From the NCBI RefSeq assembly GCF_050920415.1, contig NZ_CP169309.1: a DNA stretch of 64,000 nucleotides, one strand, 5' to 3'. The stretch comes from Escherichia coli (GTDB taxonomy: Bacteria; Pseudomonadota; Gammaproteobacteria; Enterobacterales; Enterobacteriaceae). Below, in pieces: positions 26,505 through 38,969 of this stretch; the stretch's first letter is position 1; the number at the start of each line of letters is the position of its first letter. The notes under the pieces were generated by a model. The model worked only from the letters and a program-made list of their open reading frames with translations, had not been told where the DNA came from and made no database searches. A program made the translations under genes and the position numbers.

Positions 26505-27932
26505 ATGAGCGATAAAAAGAAGCGCAGTATGGCGGGTTTGCCGTGGATCGCGGCGATGGCCTTCTTCATGCAGGCACTTGATGCCACTATTCTGAATACC
26601 GCCTTACCCGCAATCGCTCATAGCCTTAATCGTTCTCCTCTCGCGATGCAATCAGCCATCATCAGTTACACGCTGACGGTGGCGATGCTTATTCCGGTAA
26701 GCGGATGGCTAGCCGATCGCTTCGGTACGCGTCGCATATTTACCCTTGCCGTGAGTCTGTTCACATTGGGTTCTCTGGCCTGCGCACTTTCTAACTCGCT
26801 ACCACAGCTGGTTGTCTTCCGGGTTATTCAGGGGATAGGTGGCGCAATGATGATGCCTGTTGCTCGGCTGGCCTTACTGCGTGCTTATCCTCGTAATGAG
26901 CTTCTTCCTGTATTGAATTTTGTCGCCATGCCGGGTCTGGTGGGGCCAATTTTAGGCCCCGTACTTGGCGGCGTGCTGGTCACCTGGGCAACCTGGCACT
27001 GGATATTTTTAATCAATATCCCCATAGGTATTGCCGGCCTTCTTTACGCGCGCAAACATATGCCCAATTTCACCACCGCACGACGCAGATTCGATATCAC
27101 TGGCTTTTTGCTGTTTGGCCTCAGCCTTGTTCTCTTCTCAAGCGGAATAGAGCTATTCGGTGAAAAGATTGTCGCCAGTTGGATTGCCTTGACGGTAATT
27201 GTCACCAGCATCGGGTTACTGCTTCTCTATATTCTCCATGCACGACACACGCTAAACCCATTAATTTCATTAGATTTATTTAAAACCCGCACTTTCTCGA
27301 TCGGTATAGTAGGCAATATTGCAACCCGTCTGGGGACCGGCTGTGTACCGTTCCTTATGCCATTGATGTTACAGGTAGGATTTGGTTATCAGGCGTTTAT
27401 TGCCGGCTGTATGATGGCACCGACAGCATTAGGTTCCATTATTGCAAAATCGATGGTTACCCAAGTCTTACGTCGTCTGGGCTATCGCCATACGTTAGTG
27501 GGGATCACGGTAATTATTGGGCTAATGATCGCTCAGTTCTCTTTGCAATCACCAGCAATGGCGATATGGATGCTGATCTTGCCGTTATTTATATTAGGGA
27601 TGGCTATGTCGACGCAATTTACCGCGATGAATACCATCACACTTGCCGATCTGACCGATGACAACGCCAGCAGCGGTAACAGTGTTCTGGCGGTCACGCA
27701 GCAACTGTCTATCAGTTTAGGCGTTGCTGTAAGTGCGGCCGTCCTTCGCGTTTATGAAGGGATGGAAGGCACAACGACTGTCGAACAATTCCACTATACG
27801 TTTATCACAATGGGCATTATTACTGTTGCTTCAGCAGCAATGTTCATGCTTCTGAAAACAACCGATGGTAATAATTTGATCAAAAGACAGCGTAAATCTA
27901 AGCCGAACCGCGTTCCATCAGAATCGGAGTAA
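26505..27932 (+). CDS. hsrA: MFS transporter HsrA/YieO (14-TMS drug:H+ antiporter-like)
   Basis: 475-aa hydrophobic [44 protein letters not shown]... Confidence 0.88.
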
Positions 27933-28890
27933 GTTGTAATCGTTGTTGCTGAAGGGTCGGCTGGGTTATCCGATGGATGAGTACATCAATCGCCAGCTCC
28001 CCCAGTTCATCTTTCGGTTGATGGATAGTGGTTAATGGTGGCGTCATAAAGCTTGCCAGTTCGATATCGTCATAGCCAATCACCGCGATATCCTGCGGAA
28101 CCTGTAACTCTGCCTGATATAGCGCCTGGTAAACGCCAACAGCCATAGCGTCATTTCCGGTAAAGACGGCCTGAGGACGCAGCGGATGTGATAACAGTTG
28201 GCGCATAGCGTCAAACCCACCGTTAAATTCAAAATCACCCGTAACTTCATAACCATCGGGAATGTTGAGACCAGCTCTCTTCATCGCCGCCCGATAACCT
28301 TCTAACCGCAGGCGCGCCGGTGTTTTATCCAGCGGGCCAGTAATACAAGCAATACGGGTATGACCTTTATCGATCAGATATTGCGTTGCTAAGTCTCCGC
28401 CCAGCAACGAGTTATCCTGAATAAGATCGCTGTCGCCGTCGAACGGTGCCCAGTCCATCATCACGGTAGGCACTGTCGGATAACGTTGCATGATTTCACG
28501 CGAAGGCTGATGCGTTTCGGTGCACAGTAACAGCAAGCCATCAACGCGTTTTTGCATCAGCGTTTCCAGATTGCGATTCATCCGCTGTTCATCGCCTTCG
28601 GTATTGCAAAGGACAAGACTATAACCGCGTTCGAAGCAGCTGCGTTCAACGCCACGCACCAGTTCAGAATAGAAAGGATTGGTACTGGCAGTGATCAACA
28701 TGCCAATAGTATGTGTTTGATTGAGTTTGAGGCTACGCGCCAGAGCTGATGGCGCGTAATTGAGTTCTTTAATCGCCGCTTCAACTTTGGCGGTAATCGC
28801 TTCACTGACGAAGCGATCTTTATTGATAACGTGAGAAACTGTTGAGGTAGAAACGCCCGCCAGGCGGGCAACATCTTTCATTGTAGCCAA
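27898..28890 (-). CDS. rbsR: Ribose operon repressor (LacI family)
   Basis: 330-aa [58 protein letters not shown] (LacI HTH). Confidence 0.93.
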
Positions 28891-28893
28891 GCG

Positions 28894-29823
28894 TCACCTC
28901 TGCCTGTCTAAAAATGCGTCGATCTCTTCACGCCACGGTACGGAAGGTTGTGCGCCTTTACGTGTTACGGCAATCGCAGCGGCGGCATGGGCAAAACGAA
29001 TCGCCTCTGGCAATGGTTTTTCTTCCAGCAACGCCGTGATTAACGCGCCGTTAAAAGTATCTCCGGCAGCAATGGTATCGACAGCCTGCACCCGGAATCC
29101 AGGAACGCGCTGACCTTCACCATTCACGCTAGCCCACACACCACGACTTCCTAAGGTGATCAGTACGGTACGGATACCTTTTTCATGCAGTACCTGCGCG
29201 GCCTTCGCTGCATCTTCATCATTTTCAACGCGAATACCGGTGAGCTTTTCTGCTTCCGTTTCATTTGGCGTAATAATGTCCACCAGAGCCAGCAGTTCGT
29301 CAGGAAGTTCACGAGCCGGAGCTGGGTTAAGCGCAACGATAGTCTTATTTTGATGGGCGATTTTCGCCGCTGCCATCACACTTTCGAGTGGTGATTCCAG
29401 CTGCATTAATAATGCCGATGCGTTAGCAATACGCTCACGTTGCGCCTCCACCAACGCAGGGGAAAGGGCTGCGTTAGCGCCGGCATGAATACCAATGACA
29501 TTCTCACCTTCGCCATTAACAAAAATCAGCGCCACACCTGTTGATTCGCCTTTGATCACGCTCACCGGAGAAATATCGATGTTATCAGTGGCGAGCTGCT
29601 GGCGAACGCTCTCACCAATACTGTCATCACCCGTACAGGCAATAAACGCGATATTCGCACCGCTACGCCCAGCAGCCACAGCCTGATTAGCGCCTTTGCC
29701 GCCAAATGCAACCTGATAGTGATTACCGGTTACGGTTTCGCCTGGAGTAGGAAAAGATTGAAGATTAAGAATGTGGTCAGCATTAATGCTGCCAAGAACA
29801 ACGAGGCTGCCTGCGTTTTGCAT
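28894..29823 (-). CDS. rbsK: Ribokinase
   Basis: ORF 28894..29850; the internal ATG at 29823 gives MQNAGSLVVLGSINADHILNLQSFPTPGETVTGNHYQVAFGGKGANQAVAA (PfkB family). Confidence 0.92.
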   Translation of the reverse strand: MQNAGSLVVLGSINADHILNLQSFPTPGETVTGNHYQVAFGGKGANQAVAAGRSGANIAFIACTGDDSIGESVRQQLATDNIDISPVSVIKGESTGVALIFVNGEGENVIGIHAGANAALSPALVEAQRERIANASALLMQLESPLESVMAAAKIAHQNKTIVALNPAPARELPDELLALVDIITPNETEAEKLTGIRVENDEDAAKAAQVLHEKGIRTVLITLGSRGVWASVNGEGQRVPGFRVQAVDTIAAGDTFNGALITALLEEKPLPEAIRFAHAAAAIAVTRKGAQPSVPWREEIDAFLDRQR

Positions 29824-29948
29824 ATTCGGGATGTCCATAAAATGCGCCACCGTGTTAGGGTGGCGCGTGCCCTGCTTTTCTTTATTTTACACGTTCATCT
29901 GTCGATGACGTATTTATGTCACCATCAGGTCATACAACCTGATTAAAA

Positions 29949-30839
29949 CTACTGCTTAACAACCAGTTTCAGATCAACCGGATACTTAGCCTGAACTTTC
30001 TCGCCTTTCAGCACTTTATCGGCGGTTTCGACGCCTTTCGCGCCAATCTGATCGGGTAGCTGAGCGATAGTCGCTGCTAGTTTGCCATCATTCACCGCTT
30101 TTTCGCCATCCGGTGTACCGTCAAATCCGACGACCATCACATCCGATTTACCAGCAGTTTGCAGTGCGCGCAGCGCGCCCAGCGCCATTTCATCATTCTG
30201 CGCGAACACAGCCTGAACATCCGGATGAGCGGTCAACAGGTTCTGCATTACGTTCAAACCTTTGGTGCGGTCAAAGTCCGCTGGCTGGCTGGCAAGAACA
30301 TTAAACTTGTGAGCAGCAACGGCCTGCTGGAAACCTTCGCCACGCTCACGAGCTGCGGAGGTACCGGCAATGCCTTGCAGCTCGATAACTTTGGCACCTT
30401 CACCCGCTTTCTTCGCGATATAATCACCCGCGATTTTGCCGCCCAGTACGTTATCAGAAGCAATGTGGCTCACCACTTCACCTTTCGTGGCCTGGCGGTC
30501 AAGAGTGATAACCGGAATGTTCGCCTGGTTAGCCATCTTCACAGCATTACCCACTGCGTCGGAGTCGGTCGGGTTAATCAGCAGAATTTTGGTGCCGCGA
30601 ACAGTTAAGTCCTGCACGTTCGCCAGCTCTTTCGCCGGATTGTTCTGGGAGTCCAGCACCACCAGGTTATAGCCGAGTTTATCCGCCTCTTTCTGCGCAC
30701 CATCTTTCAGCGATACAAAGAACGGGTTGTTAAGCGTGGAAACCACCAGCGCGATGGTGTCTTTTGCCATCGCATTCGCACTGACGGTGGCGCTTAGCGC
30801 AACAGCGGAAACCAGGGTAGCCAGTTTTTTCATGTTCAT
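29949..30839 (-). CDS. rbsB: Ribose ABC transporter periplasmic binding protein
   Basis: ORF 29949..30845; [41 protein letters not shown] (signal peptide plus PBP fold). Confidence 0.93.
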   Translation of the reverse strand: MNMKKLATLVSAVALSATVSANAMAKDTIALVVSTLNNPFFVSLKDGAQKEADKLGYNLVVLDSQNNPAKELANVQDLTVRGTKILLINPTDSDAVGNAVKMANQANIPVITLDRQATKGEVVSHIASDNVLGGKIAGDYIAKKAGEGAKVIELQGIAGTSAARERGEGFQQAVAAHKFNVLASQPADFDRTKGLNVMQNLLTAHPDVQAVFAQNDEMALGALRALQTAGKSDVMVVGFDGTPDGEKAVNDGKLAATIAQLPDQIGAKGVETADKVLKGEKVQAKYPVDLKLVVKQ

Positions 30840-30863
30840 ATTCAAGATGTCCTGTAGTCGTTA

Positions 30864-31829
30864 TTACTGTTTTTTGTTGTCTACCAGCACCGCCAGCAAA
30901 ATCACCACCGCTTTGACGATCATCTGGTAATAGGAGGAAACACCTAACAAATTCAATCCATTATTAAGGAAGCCAAGAATTAATGCGCCGATCAACGTCC
31001 CAACAATGCGACCTTTTCCGCCCGCCAGACTCGTACCGCCCAGAACCACCGCAGCAATTGCATCCAGCTCATAGCCAGTCCCCGCCGTGGGTTGTGCGGA
31101 GGAGAGACGCGCCACTTCAATGATCCCGGCCAGCGATGCCAGCAGACCACAAAGAGAATAGACGATGATTTTGATTTTATTGACGTTGATACCAGAAAGA
31201 CGCGTAGCCGCTTCGTTGCCGCCCAGCGCGTAGATGTAACGCCCCAAACGTGTGTGATGCAGCATGTACCAGGCCGCGAGGAACACAATCCCCATGATCC
31301 AGACTGGCGTCGGTACGCCCAGCGGACGACCAATACCAAACCAGCCGAACAGATCGGCGTTCTCAGTAAAGCCGGTATTCACTGGGCTACCGTTGGTATA
31401 AACCATGGTCACGCCGCGCAGTAAAAGCATCATAACCAGCGTAGCGATAAACGCCTGGACGCGACCTTTCGCTACAATCACCCCGGTTACCGCACCAATA
31501 GCGGCACCTAACGCGAGAGCGGCAGCGACAGCCACCAGCGCATTGACTTCAATGCCGACGATAGATGCAGCTACTGCGCCAGTCAGCGCCAACAGAGAAC
31601 CTACTGACAAGTCGATGCCCGACGTCAGGATCACCAGCGTCATCCCGACCGCCATAATGGCATTCACCGAGGTTTGCTGGAGAATATTGAATAAGTTATT
31701 GATGGTGAAAAAGTTCGGGCTTAACGTCGAGACAATCGCGATCAGCACCAGCAGAGCGATAAGCGATTTCTGCTCCATCAGCCACGCTTTCGTGAAATAA
31801 CGGCGACCAGAGACAGTCTGGGTTGTCAT
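30864..31829 (-). CDS. rbsC: Ribose ABC transporter permease
   Basis: 321-aa hydrophobic ORF MTTQTVSGRRYFTKAWLMEQKSLIALLVLIAIVSTLSPNFF... Confidence 0.93.
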   Translation of the reverse strand: MTTQTVSGRRYFTKAWLMEQKSLIALLVLIAIVSTLSPNFFTINNLFNILQQTSVNAIMAVGMTLVILTSGIDLSVGSLLALTGAVAASIVGIEVNALVAVAAALALGAAIGAVTGVIVAKGRVQAFIATLVMMLLLRGVTMVYTNGSPVNTGFTENADLFGWFGIGRPLGVPTPVWIMGIVFLAAWYMLHHTRLGRYIYALGGNEAATRLSGINVNKIKIIVYSLCGLLASLAGIIEVARLSSAQPTAGTGYELDAIAAVVLGGTSLAGGKGRIVGTLIGALILGFLNNGLNLLGVSSYYQMIVKAVVILLAVLVDNKKQ

Positions 31830-31833
31830 TTTT

Positions 31834-33339
31834 TTACTCCTGATTCACGCGATTAAGCTTGCCCACAGCGGCAGCCATTAACACTTCCTGGGTGGCCTGC
31901 TCACGAGTAAATTCCCCGCTGAGATGCCCTTCATGCATGACGATGATGCGATCGCTCATGCCTAATACTTCTGGCATCTCCGATGACACCAGAATGATGC
32001 TCAAGCCATCGGCTTTGAACTGGTTAATCAGTTGATAGATCTCTTTTTTCGCACCAACATCTACGCCACGGGTAGGTTCATCAAGAATCAACACTTTGGG
32101 GCGTGTCATCAGTCCACGGGCAATCGCCACTTTTTGCTGATTGCCACCGGAGAGCAAACCAATTGCCTGTTCCATCGACGGCGTTTTCACATTAAACAGA
32201 CGAATAAAATCACTCACTGCCTGCTGTTCATCGGCATGCTTCAAACTGCCGCCAGTACGGCTAAAGTAACGCAGCGCAGTCAGCGACATATTCTCTTTGA
32301 CTGACATACCCAGCACTAAACCGTCACGTTTGCGGTCTTCGGAGATATACACAATGCCGTTTGCCAGGCCATCCTGCGGTGAACGGGTAACGACTTCATG
32401 CCCATCCAGAGTGACGTAACCGCTGGTGCGCGGCAGTGCGCCGTAGAGCACTTTCATCAGTTCAGTACGACCTGCGCCCATCAAACCAGAGACGCCAAGA
32501 ATTTCACCTTTGCGTAAGGTAAATGAAACATCATTAACGCCAGGTCCGCAGAGATTATCGACTTTCAGGCGGATATCGCCCGGCGCTTTGTCCAGGTGTG
32601 GATATTGATCTTCCAGCTTGCGGCCCACCATCATCTCAATCAGCGAATCTTCGGTCAGTGATGCCACTTCGCGCTCAGCAATAAATTGCCCGTCACGAAA
32701 AACAGTAACGTCATCGCAAATTTCGAAGATTTCTTTCATGCGGTGGGAGATATAGACAATACCGCGGCCTTGCGATTTCAGCTCGCGGATGACGCGGAAC
32801 AAGGATTCGGTTTCGGTATCGGTCAGTGCATCGGTCGGTTCATCCATAATGATGACTTTCGACTCAAAGCTCAGCACTTTGGCAATTTCAACCATTTGCT
32901 GGTCACCGATGGAAAGATCGCCCACCAGCTTGTCACTTTTAAAACGCAGGTTAAGTTTAGCCAGCAATTTATCCGCTTCGGCATACATGGTTTTCCAGTC
33001 AATTTTGCCAAAGCGATTAACAAACTCACGACCGAGGAAAATGTTTTCGGCAATGGTTAACTGCGGGATCAGGTTCAGTTCCTGATGGATGATTCCAATG
33101 CCGGCTTCCTGGGATGATTTCGGTCCGGTAAACGTCGTTTCTTTCCCCAGCCATAAAAGCGTACCGGCATCGCGAGTATAGATACCAGTAAGCACTTTCA
33201 TCATGGTGGATTTACCCGCGCCGTTTTCGCCCACCAGCGCCATCACGCGGCCAGGATAGACATTTAACGCTGCGCCCGAGAGGGCTTTTACGCCCGGGAA
33301 GGCTTTATCGATGCCTTTAAGCTGAAGTAATGCTTCCAT
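31834..33339 (-). CDS. rbsA: Ribose ABC transporter ATP-binding protein (duplicated ABC domains)
   Basis: 501-aa [51 protein letters not shown] with two Walker A/ABC-signature sets. Confidence 0.94.
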   Translation of the reverse strand: MEALLQLKGIDKAFPGVKALSGAALNVYPGRVMALVGENGAGKSTMMKVLTGIYTRDAGTLLWLGKETTFTGPKSSQEAGIGIIHQELNLIPQLTIAENIFLGREFVNRFGKIDWKTMYAEADKLLAKLNLRFKSDKLVGDLSIGDQQMVEIAKVLSFESKVIIMDEPTDALTDTETESLFRVIRELKSQGRGIVYISHRMKEIFEICDDVTVFRDGQFIAEREVASLTEDSLIEMMVGRKLEDQYPHLDKAPGDIRLKVDNLCGPGVNDVSFTLRKGEILGVSGLMGAGRTELMKVLYGALPRTSGYVTLDGHEVVTRSPQDGLANGIVYISEDRKRDGLVLGMSVKENMSLTALRYFSRTGGSLKHADEQQAVSDFIRLFNVKTPSMEQAIGLLSGGNQQKVAIARGLMTRPKVLILDEPTRGVDVGAKKEIYQLINQFKADGLSIILVSSEMPEVLGMSDRIIVMHEGHLSGEFTREQATQEVLMAAAVGKLNRVNQE

Positions 33340-33346
33340 GACGGCC

Positions 33347-33766
33347 TCAGAACGTCACGCCAGCATAGAGAATGATATTCGCATACGGAGAACATTCTCC
33401 GCTGCGAATTACCGCCTGACTTTCTGCGGTTTGTTGTTTGAATTGTTCATGCGTGGTGTAACGAATTTCAATGGTATTTCCCTGGTGTTTTTGCAGCTGC
33501 TCAAGGTGAGTGAGCAACGTTTCGTGGAGTTGCGGATTATGTTGTTTGATCTCTTCCGCGATAATGGCAGCCTCGACCTGCATTTCATTTGTGACGACGC
33601 CCAGCACCTGCATAAAAGAAGGTACCCCCTGGGTTAATGCCATATCGATACGCGTTGTACTTTTGGGGATGGGTAAACCAGCATCACACACCACCAGCGT
33701 ATCGGTATGTCCCAGACGGGAGATCACCGAAGAAATATCAGAATTAAGAACGGTGCCTTTTTTCAT
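33347..33766 (-). CDS. rbsD: D-ribose pyranase
   Basis: ORF 33347..33778; the internal ATG at 33766 gives [35 protein letters not shown] (139 aa). Confidence 0.9.
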   Translation of the reverse strand: MKKGTVLNSDISSVISRLGHTDTLVVCDAGLPIPKSTTRIDMALTQGVPSFMQVLGVVTNEMQVEAAIIAEEIKQHNPQLHETLLTHLEQLQKHQGNTIEIRYTTHEQFKQQTAESQAVIRSGECSPYANIILYAGVTF

Positions 33767-33777
33767 TTTTTTCTCCA

Positions 33778-33797
33778 TCAGCGAAACGTTTCGCTGA
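33778..33797. promoter_or_regulatory. rbs operator: perfect 20-bp palindrome (RbsR binding site)
   Basis: tcagcgaaacgtttcgctga is a perfect inverted repeat about 12 nt upstream of the rbsD start; LacI-family operators are typically such palindromes. Confidence 0.65.
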
Positions 33798-33932
33798 CCC
33801 GCAGTTTAATCCTGACTGAGTTGGGAAAACCATCGTGACGTTACGGAAATGTGATCAACATCGAAACGTTTTACATGGTGATTAACCATGAAAACAAAAA
33901 CGCCCCCTTATGGAGAAAGGAGGCGTCTGGCG

Positions 33933-35801
33933 TTAAATTTCGACCTGAGTACCCAGTTCGATAACCCTGTTTGGCGGGATTTCAAATTGATCCGGTGCGC
34001 GCAGCGCATTACGTTGCAACAGCAAATACAGCTTGCCGCGCAAACGCAAATACCACGGACGTTTGCCGAGGATCAGTGATTCATGCGACATAAAGAAGGA
34101 GGTTTCCATCATCCGGCAACTTAATCCTTCCAGACCACAGCGGTGGAAAACTTCTTCCACGTTTGGCGTTTCCCGCCATCCATAACTTGCCACCACGCGC
34201 CAGAAAGTGGGCGACAGTTGTTCAATCTGTACCCGACGGACGTTATGGACATATGGCGCGTCTTCAGTGCGCAGAGTTAACAGAATCACCCGCTCATGCA
34301 ACACCTTGTTATGTTTCAGGTTATGCATCAGTGCAAAGGGAATGACGTTGATTGCACGCGACATATACACCGCGGTCCCTGGCACGCGAACGGGCGGTGA
34401 TTTCTCCAGCGAAGCAATCATCGCTTCCAGAGAGTTGCCATGTTCATGCATCCGCCGCAGCAAGCGGAAACGCTCGCTCTTCCAGGTCGTCATCACGATA
34501 AACATTACCGTACCGAGACTCAGTGGCAACCAGCCGCCTGATAGCAGTTTATCGAGGTTAGCGGTGAACAATGGAATATCAACACAAAGGAAAGCAATCA
34601 GGATCAGCGCAACAAAATACTTATTCCAGTGCCAGTTCTGACGTGCCACGGTAGTTGAGAGAATAGACGTCAGTACCATGGTTCCGGTCACCGCAATCCC
34701 GTACGCCGCCGCCAGGTTGCTGGAGTGCTCAAAGCTGACAATCACAATCACGACCGCGACATAGAGCATCCAGTTCACAAACGGAATATAGATTTGCCCA
34801 GACTCCATTTCGGAGGTGTGAATAATGCGCATCGGCGACAAATATCCCAGACGTACGGCCTGACGCGTCAATGAGAAGACGCCAGAGATAACTGCCTGCG
34901 AGGCAATTACCGTCGCCAGTGCGGCGATGATCAGCAGCGGGATCAGCGCCCAGTCCGGTGCCAACAGGAAGAACGGGTTCTTAATCGCTTCCGGGTTCTT
35001 TAACAACAGAGCGCCCTGGCCAAAGTAATTAAGAGTTAATGAAGGCAATACGACGGTGAACCACGCCAGGCGAATCGGGAACTTACCAAAGTGCCCCATA
35101 TCAGCGTACAGCGCCTCGACACCGGTAATCGACAGCACCACTGCCCCTAACGCAATAAACGAAACCGTTTTATATTCAAGGAAGAAATGCACCGCCCACA
35201 TCGGATTCAGCGCATGCAGCACTTCTGGGTTAGCAATAATGCTACGCAACCCCAGTCCCGCCAGAATCAAAAACCAGGTCAGCATGATAGGCGCAAACAG
35301 CTTACCGACCATAGCAGTGCCATGTTTTTGAATCATAAACAGTAAAGTCAGAACGATGATTGAGAGGGGAACTATCCAGGTATCCAGCTGCGGGGCGACG
35401 ATTTCCAGACCTTCAATGGCAGACATCACCGAAATAGCGGGTGTAATGACGACTTCACCATAGAAAAAGCTGCCGCCGATTAATCCCATAATCACCAGCA
35501 TTGATGTGGTTCGCGCCGACGTATTGCGTCCGGCAAGCGACATCAACGTCAGAATGCCCCCTTCCCCGGCGTTATCTGCCCGCATCACGAAGGTGAGATA
35601 TTTAATGGAAACCACAAAGATTAGCAGCCAGAAGATCAGCGATAAAAAGCCAAACACGGCATCGCGTTCAACGCCAAAACCAAACTGGCCGGACAAACAT
35701 TCACGAAGTGTATATAACGGGCTGGTACCAATATCGCCGTAGACAACTCCAATCGCCGCGAGGGTAATCGCGGGCAACGATTGCTTATTATCAGTGCTCA
35801 T
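33933..35801 (-). CDS. kup: Low-affinity K+ uptake protein Kup (KUP/HAK/KT family)
   Basis: 622-aa [39 protein letters not shown]... Confidence 0.94.
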
Positions 35802-36023
35802 AGACTAGTCTTTCGTTGAAATATGAAATGTGTGCTTAGTCCCTTGGCCCACAAAAAAGCGCACAGTATGCACGATTAACGACAAAATCGTACTCCTAAA
35901 TGCGGCCACATTAACCTGGCTCAAAGAAAAATAGACCTCTTTTGAGACTATTTTAGCCACCAGCAAGAAACGTCTATACTCGCAATTTACGCAGAACTTT
36001 TGACGAAAGGACGCCACTTCATT

Positions 36024-37520
36024 ATGGCTCACCCTCATTTATTAGCGGAAAGAATTTCCCGCCTGAGCAGTTCGTTGGAAAAGGGGCTTTATGAACGTAG
36101 CCACGCCATCCGCTTGTGTTTATTAGCGGCATTAAGTGGTGAAAGTGTGTTCCTCCTTGGCCCGCCAGGCATTGCCAAAAGTTTGATCGCCCGGCGCTTA
36201 AAATTCGCCTTTCAGAATGCCCGTGCGTTTGAATATCTGATGACCCGCTTCTCCACGCCGGAAGAAGTTTTTGGTCCCCTTTCCATTCAGGCGCTAAAAG
36301 ATGAAGGGCGCTATGAACGTTTAACCAGCGGTTACCTGCCAGAAGCAGAAATCGTCTTTCTGGATGAGATCTGGAAAGCGGGCCCGGCAATTCTTAATAC
36401 CTTGCTCACCGCCATTAACGAGCGCCAGTTCCGCAACGGTGCACACGTAGAAAAAATCCCGATGCGTCTGCTGGTGGCGGCCTCCAACGAGCTGCCGGAA
36501 GCAGACAGCAGTCTGGAAGCGTTATATGACCGCATGCTGATTCGTCTGTGGTTAGATAAAGTGCAGGATAAAGCGAATTTCCGCTCCATGCTGACCAGTC
36601 AACAGGATGAAAATGACAATCCGGTTCCTGCCTCCTTGCAGGTCACTGATGAAGAATATGAACGCTGGCAGAAAGAGATTGGTGAAATTACGCTGCCCGA
36701 TCATGTATTTGAGCTGATTTTTATGCTGCGCCAGCAACTGGATAAATTACCGGATGCGCCTTATGTCTCGGATCGTCGCTGGAAAAAAGCGATCCGCTTA
36801 TTGCAGGCCAGCGCCTTTTTTAGCGGTCGCAGTGCTGTTGCCCCGGTAGATCTCATTTTGCTGAAAGATTGCCTGTGGTATGACGCGCAAAGCCTGAATT
36901 TGATACAACAACAAATTGATGTATTGATGACCGGTCATGCCTGGCAACAGCAAGGGATGTTGACCCGCCTGGGCGCGATTGTGCAACGTCACCTGCAACT
37001 ACAGCAGCAACAAAGCGATAAAACAGCCTTAACGGTAATTCGTCTGGGCGGCATTTTCAGCCGTCGTCAGCAGTATCAACTCCCTGTTAACATTACTGCT
37101 TCCACTCTGACTCTGCTGCTGCAAAAACCGTTAAAACTGCATGATATGGAAGTGGTTCATATCTCCTTTGAGCGTAGCGCGCTGGAACAGTGGCTGAGCA
37201 GAGGTGGTGAAATTCGCGGCAAACTGAACGGTATCGGCTTTGCCCAGAAACTGAATCTGGAAGTTGATAGCGCCCAACATCTTGTCGTACGCGATGTAAG
37301 TTTACAAGGCAGTACGCTGGCACTTCCCGGTTCATCGGCTGAAGGTCTGCCAGGTGAAATAAAACAACAACTGGAAGAGCTTGAAAGCGACTGGCGCAAG
37401 CAACACGCTTTATTCAGCGAACAGCAAAAATGTCTGTTTATCCCTGGCGACTGGTTAGGTCGCATTGAAGCCAGCCTACAGGATGTCGGCACCCAGATTC
37501 GCCAGGCACAACAATGCTAA
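36024..37520 (+). CDS. ravA: MoxR-family AAA+ ATPase RavA
   Basis: ORF 36000..37520; from the ATG at 36024, [53 protein letters not shown] (Walker A). Confidence 0.92.
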   Translation: MAHPHLLAERISRLSSSLEKGLYERSHAIRLCLLAALSGESVFLLGPPGIAKSLIARRLKFAFQNARAFEYLMTRFSTPEEVFGPLSIQALKDEGRYERLTSGYLPEAEIVFLDEIWKAGPAILNTLLTAINERQFRNGAHVEKIPMRLLVAASNELPEADSSLEALYDRMLIRLWLDKVQDKANFRSMLTSQQDENDNPVPASLQVTDEEYERWQKEIGEITLPDHVFELIFMLRQQLDKLPDAPYVSDRRWKKAIRLLQASAFFSGRSAVAPVDLILLKDCLWYDAQSLNLIQQQIDVLMTGHAWQQQGMLTRLGAIVQRHLQLQQQQSDKTALTVIRLGGIFSRRQQYQLPVNITASTLTLLLQKPLKLHDMEVVHISFERSALEQWLSRGGEIRGKLNGIGFAQKLNLEVDSAQHLVVRDVSLQGSTLALPGSSAEGLPGEIKQQLEELESDWRKQHALFSEQQKCLFIPGDWLGRIEASLQDVGTQIRQAQQC

Positions 37521-38965
37521 CGCTGGATACGCTTAATGTGATGCTGGCCGTCAGCGAAGAGGGATTGATCGAAGAGATGATCATCGCGCTGCTGGCCTCA
37601 CCGCAGCTGGCAGTCTTCTTTGAAAAATTCCCACGACTGAAGGCGGCAATCACTGATGATGTTCCCCGCTGGCGTGAGGCGCTGCGCAGTCGGCTGAAAG
37701 ATGCCCGAGTCCCGCCGGAACTCACCGAAGAGGTGATGTGCTATCAGGAAAGCCAGCTCCTCTCCACGCCGCAGTTTATTGTGCAGCTACCACAGATCCT
37801 GGACTTACTGCATCGTCTGAATTCCCCATGGGCAGAACAAGCCCGACAGTTGGTTGATGCTAACAGCACGATCACTTCAGCGTTACACACACTTTTTCTC
37901 CAGCGTTGGCGTTTAAGTCTGATCGTGCAAGCAACGACGTTAAATCAACAGCTATTAGAAGAAGAACGCGAACAACTGTTGAGTGAAGTTCAGGAACGCA
38001 TGACGCTGAGCGGGCAACTTGAACCGATTCTCGCAGATAATAATACCGCAGCTGGTCGTCTGTGGGATATGAGCGCCGGTCAGCTTAAACGTGGCGACTA
38101 TCAGTTGATTGTGAAATACGGTGAATTTCTTAACGAACAGCCGGAACTGAAACGACTGGCAGACCAACTGGGGCGTTCCCGGGAAGCCAAATCGATACCC
38201 CGTAACGATGCGCAGATGGAAACCTTCCGTACCATGGTGCGCGAACCGGCGACCGTTCCTGAGCAGGTTGATGGACTGCAACAAAGCGACGATATTTTAC
38301 GCCTTCTACCACCGGAATTGGCGACGCTGGGGATAACGGAACTGGAATATGAGTTTTATCGTCGGCTGGTGGAAAAACAATTGCTCACCTATCGCCTTCA
38401 CGGTGAGTCGTGGCGTGAAAAAGTTATCGAACGCCCGGTAGTTCATAAAGATTACGACGAACAGCCGCGCGGACCGTTTATTGTCTGCGTGGATACTTCC
38501 GGCTCAATGGGCGGCTTTAATGAACAGTGTGCGAAAGCGTTCTGTCTGGCATTGATGCGCATAGCCCTCGCTGAAAATCGTCGCTGCTTTATTATGTTAT
38601 TTTCCACCGAGATCGTCCGTTATGAGCTTTCAGGCCCACAAGGCATCGAACAAGCAATCCGTTTTTTAAGCCAGCAGTTTCGTGGCGGTACCGATCTTGC
38701 CAGTTGTTTCCGCGCCATTATGGAACGCTTGCAAAGTCGGGAGTGGTTTGACGCCGATGCGGTGGTGATTTCTGATTTTATCGCCCAGCGGTTGCCTGAC
38801 GACGTGACGAGCAAAGTGAAAGAGTTGCAGCGGGTACATCAGCATCGCTTTCATGCCGTGGCGATGTCGGCACATGGCAAACCCGGCATCATGCGCATTT
38901 TCGATCATATCTGGCGCTTTGATACCGGGATGCGAAGCCGCCTGCTCAGACGCTGGCGGCGATAA
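37514..38965 (+). CDS. viaA: von Willebrand factor A domain protein ViaA
   Basis: 483-aa ORF; the VWA domain with MIDAS-like motif ([11 protein letters not shown]) sits in the C-terminal part; the start overlaps the ravA stop by 7 nt. Confidence 0.92.
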   Translation: MLTLDTLNVMLAVSEEGLIEEMIIALLASPQLAVFFEKFPRLKAAITDDVPRWREALRSRLKDARVPPELTEEVMCYQESQLLSTPQFIVQLPQILDLLHRLNSPWAEQARQLVDANSTITSALHTLFLQRWRLSLIVQATTLNQQLLEEEREQLLSEVQERMTLSGQLEPILADNNTAAGRLWDMSAGQLKRGDYQLIVKYGEFLNEQPELKRLADQLGRSREAKSIPRNDAQMETFRTMVREPATVPEQVDGLQQSDDILRLLPPELATLGITELEYEFYRRLVEKQLLTYRLHGESWREKVIERPVVHKDYDEQPRGPFIVCVDTSGSMGGFNEQCAKAFCLALMRIALAENRRCFIMLFSTEIVRYELSGPQGIEQAIRFLSQQFRGGTDLASCFRAIMERLQSREWFDADAVVISDFIAQRLPDDVTSKVKELQRVHQHRFHAVAMSAHGKPGIMRIFDHIWRFDTGMRSRLLRRWRR

Positions 38966-38969
38966 ACAA

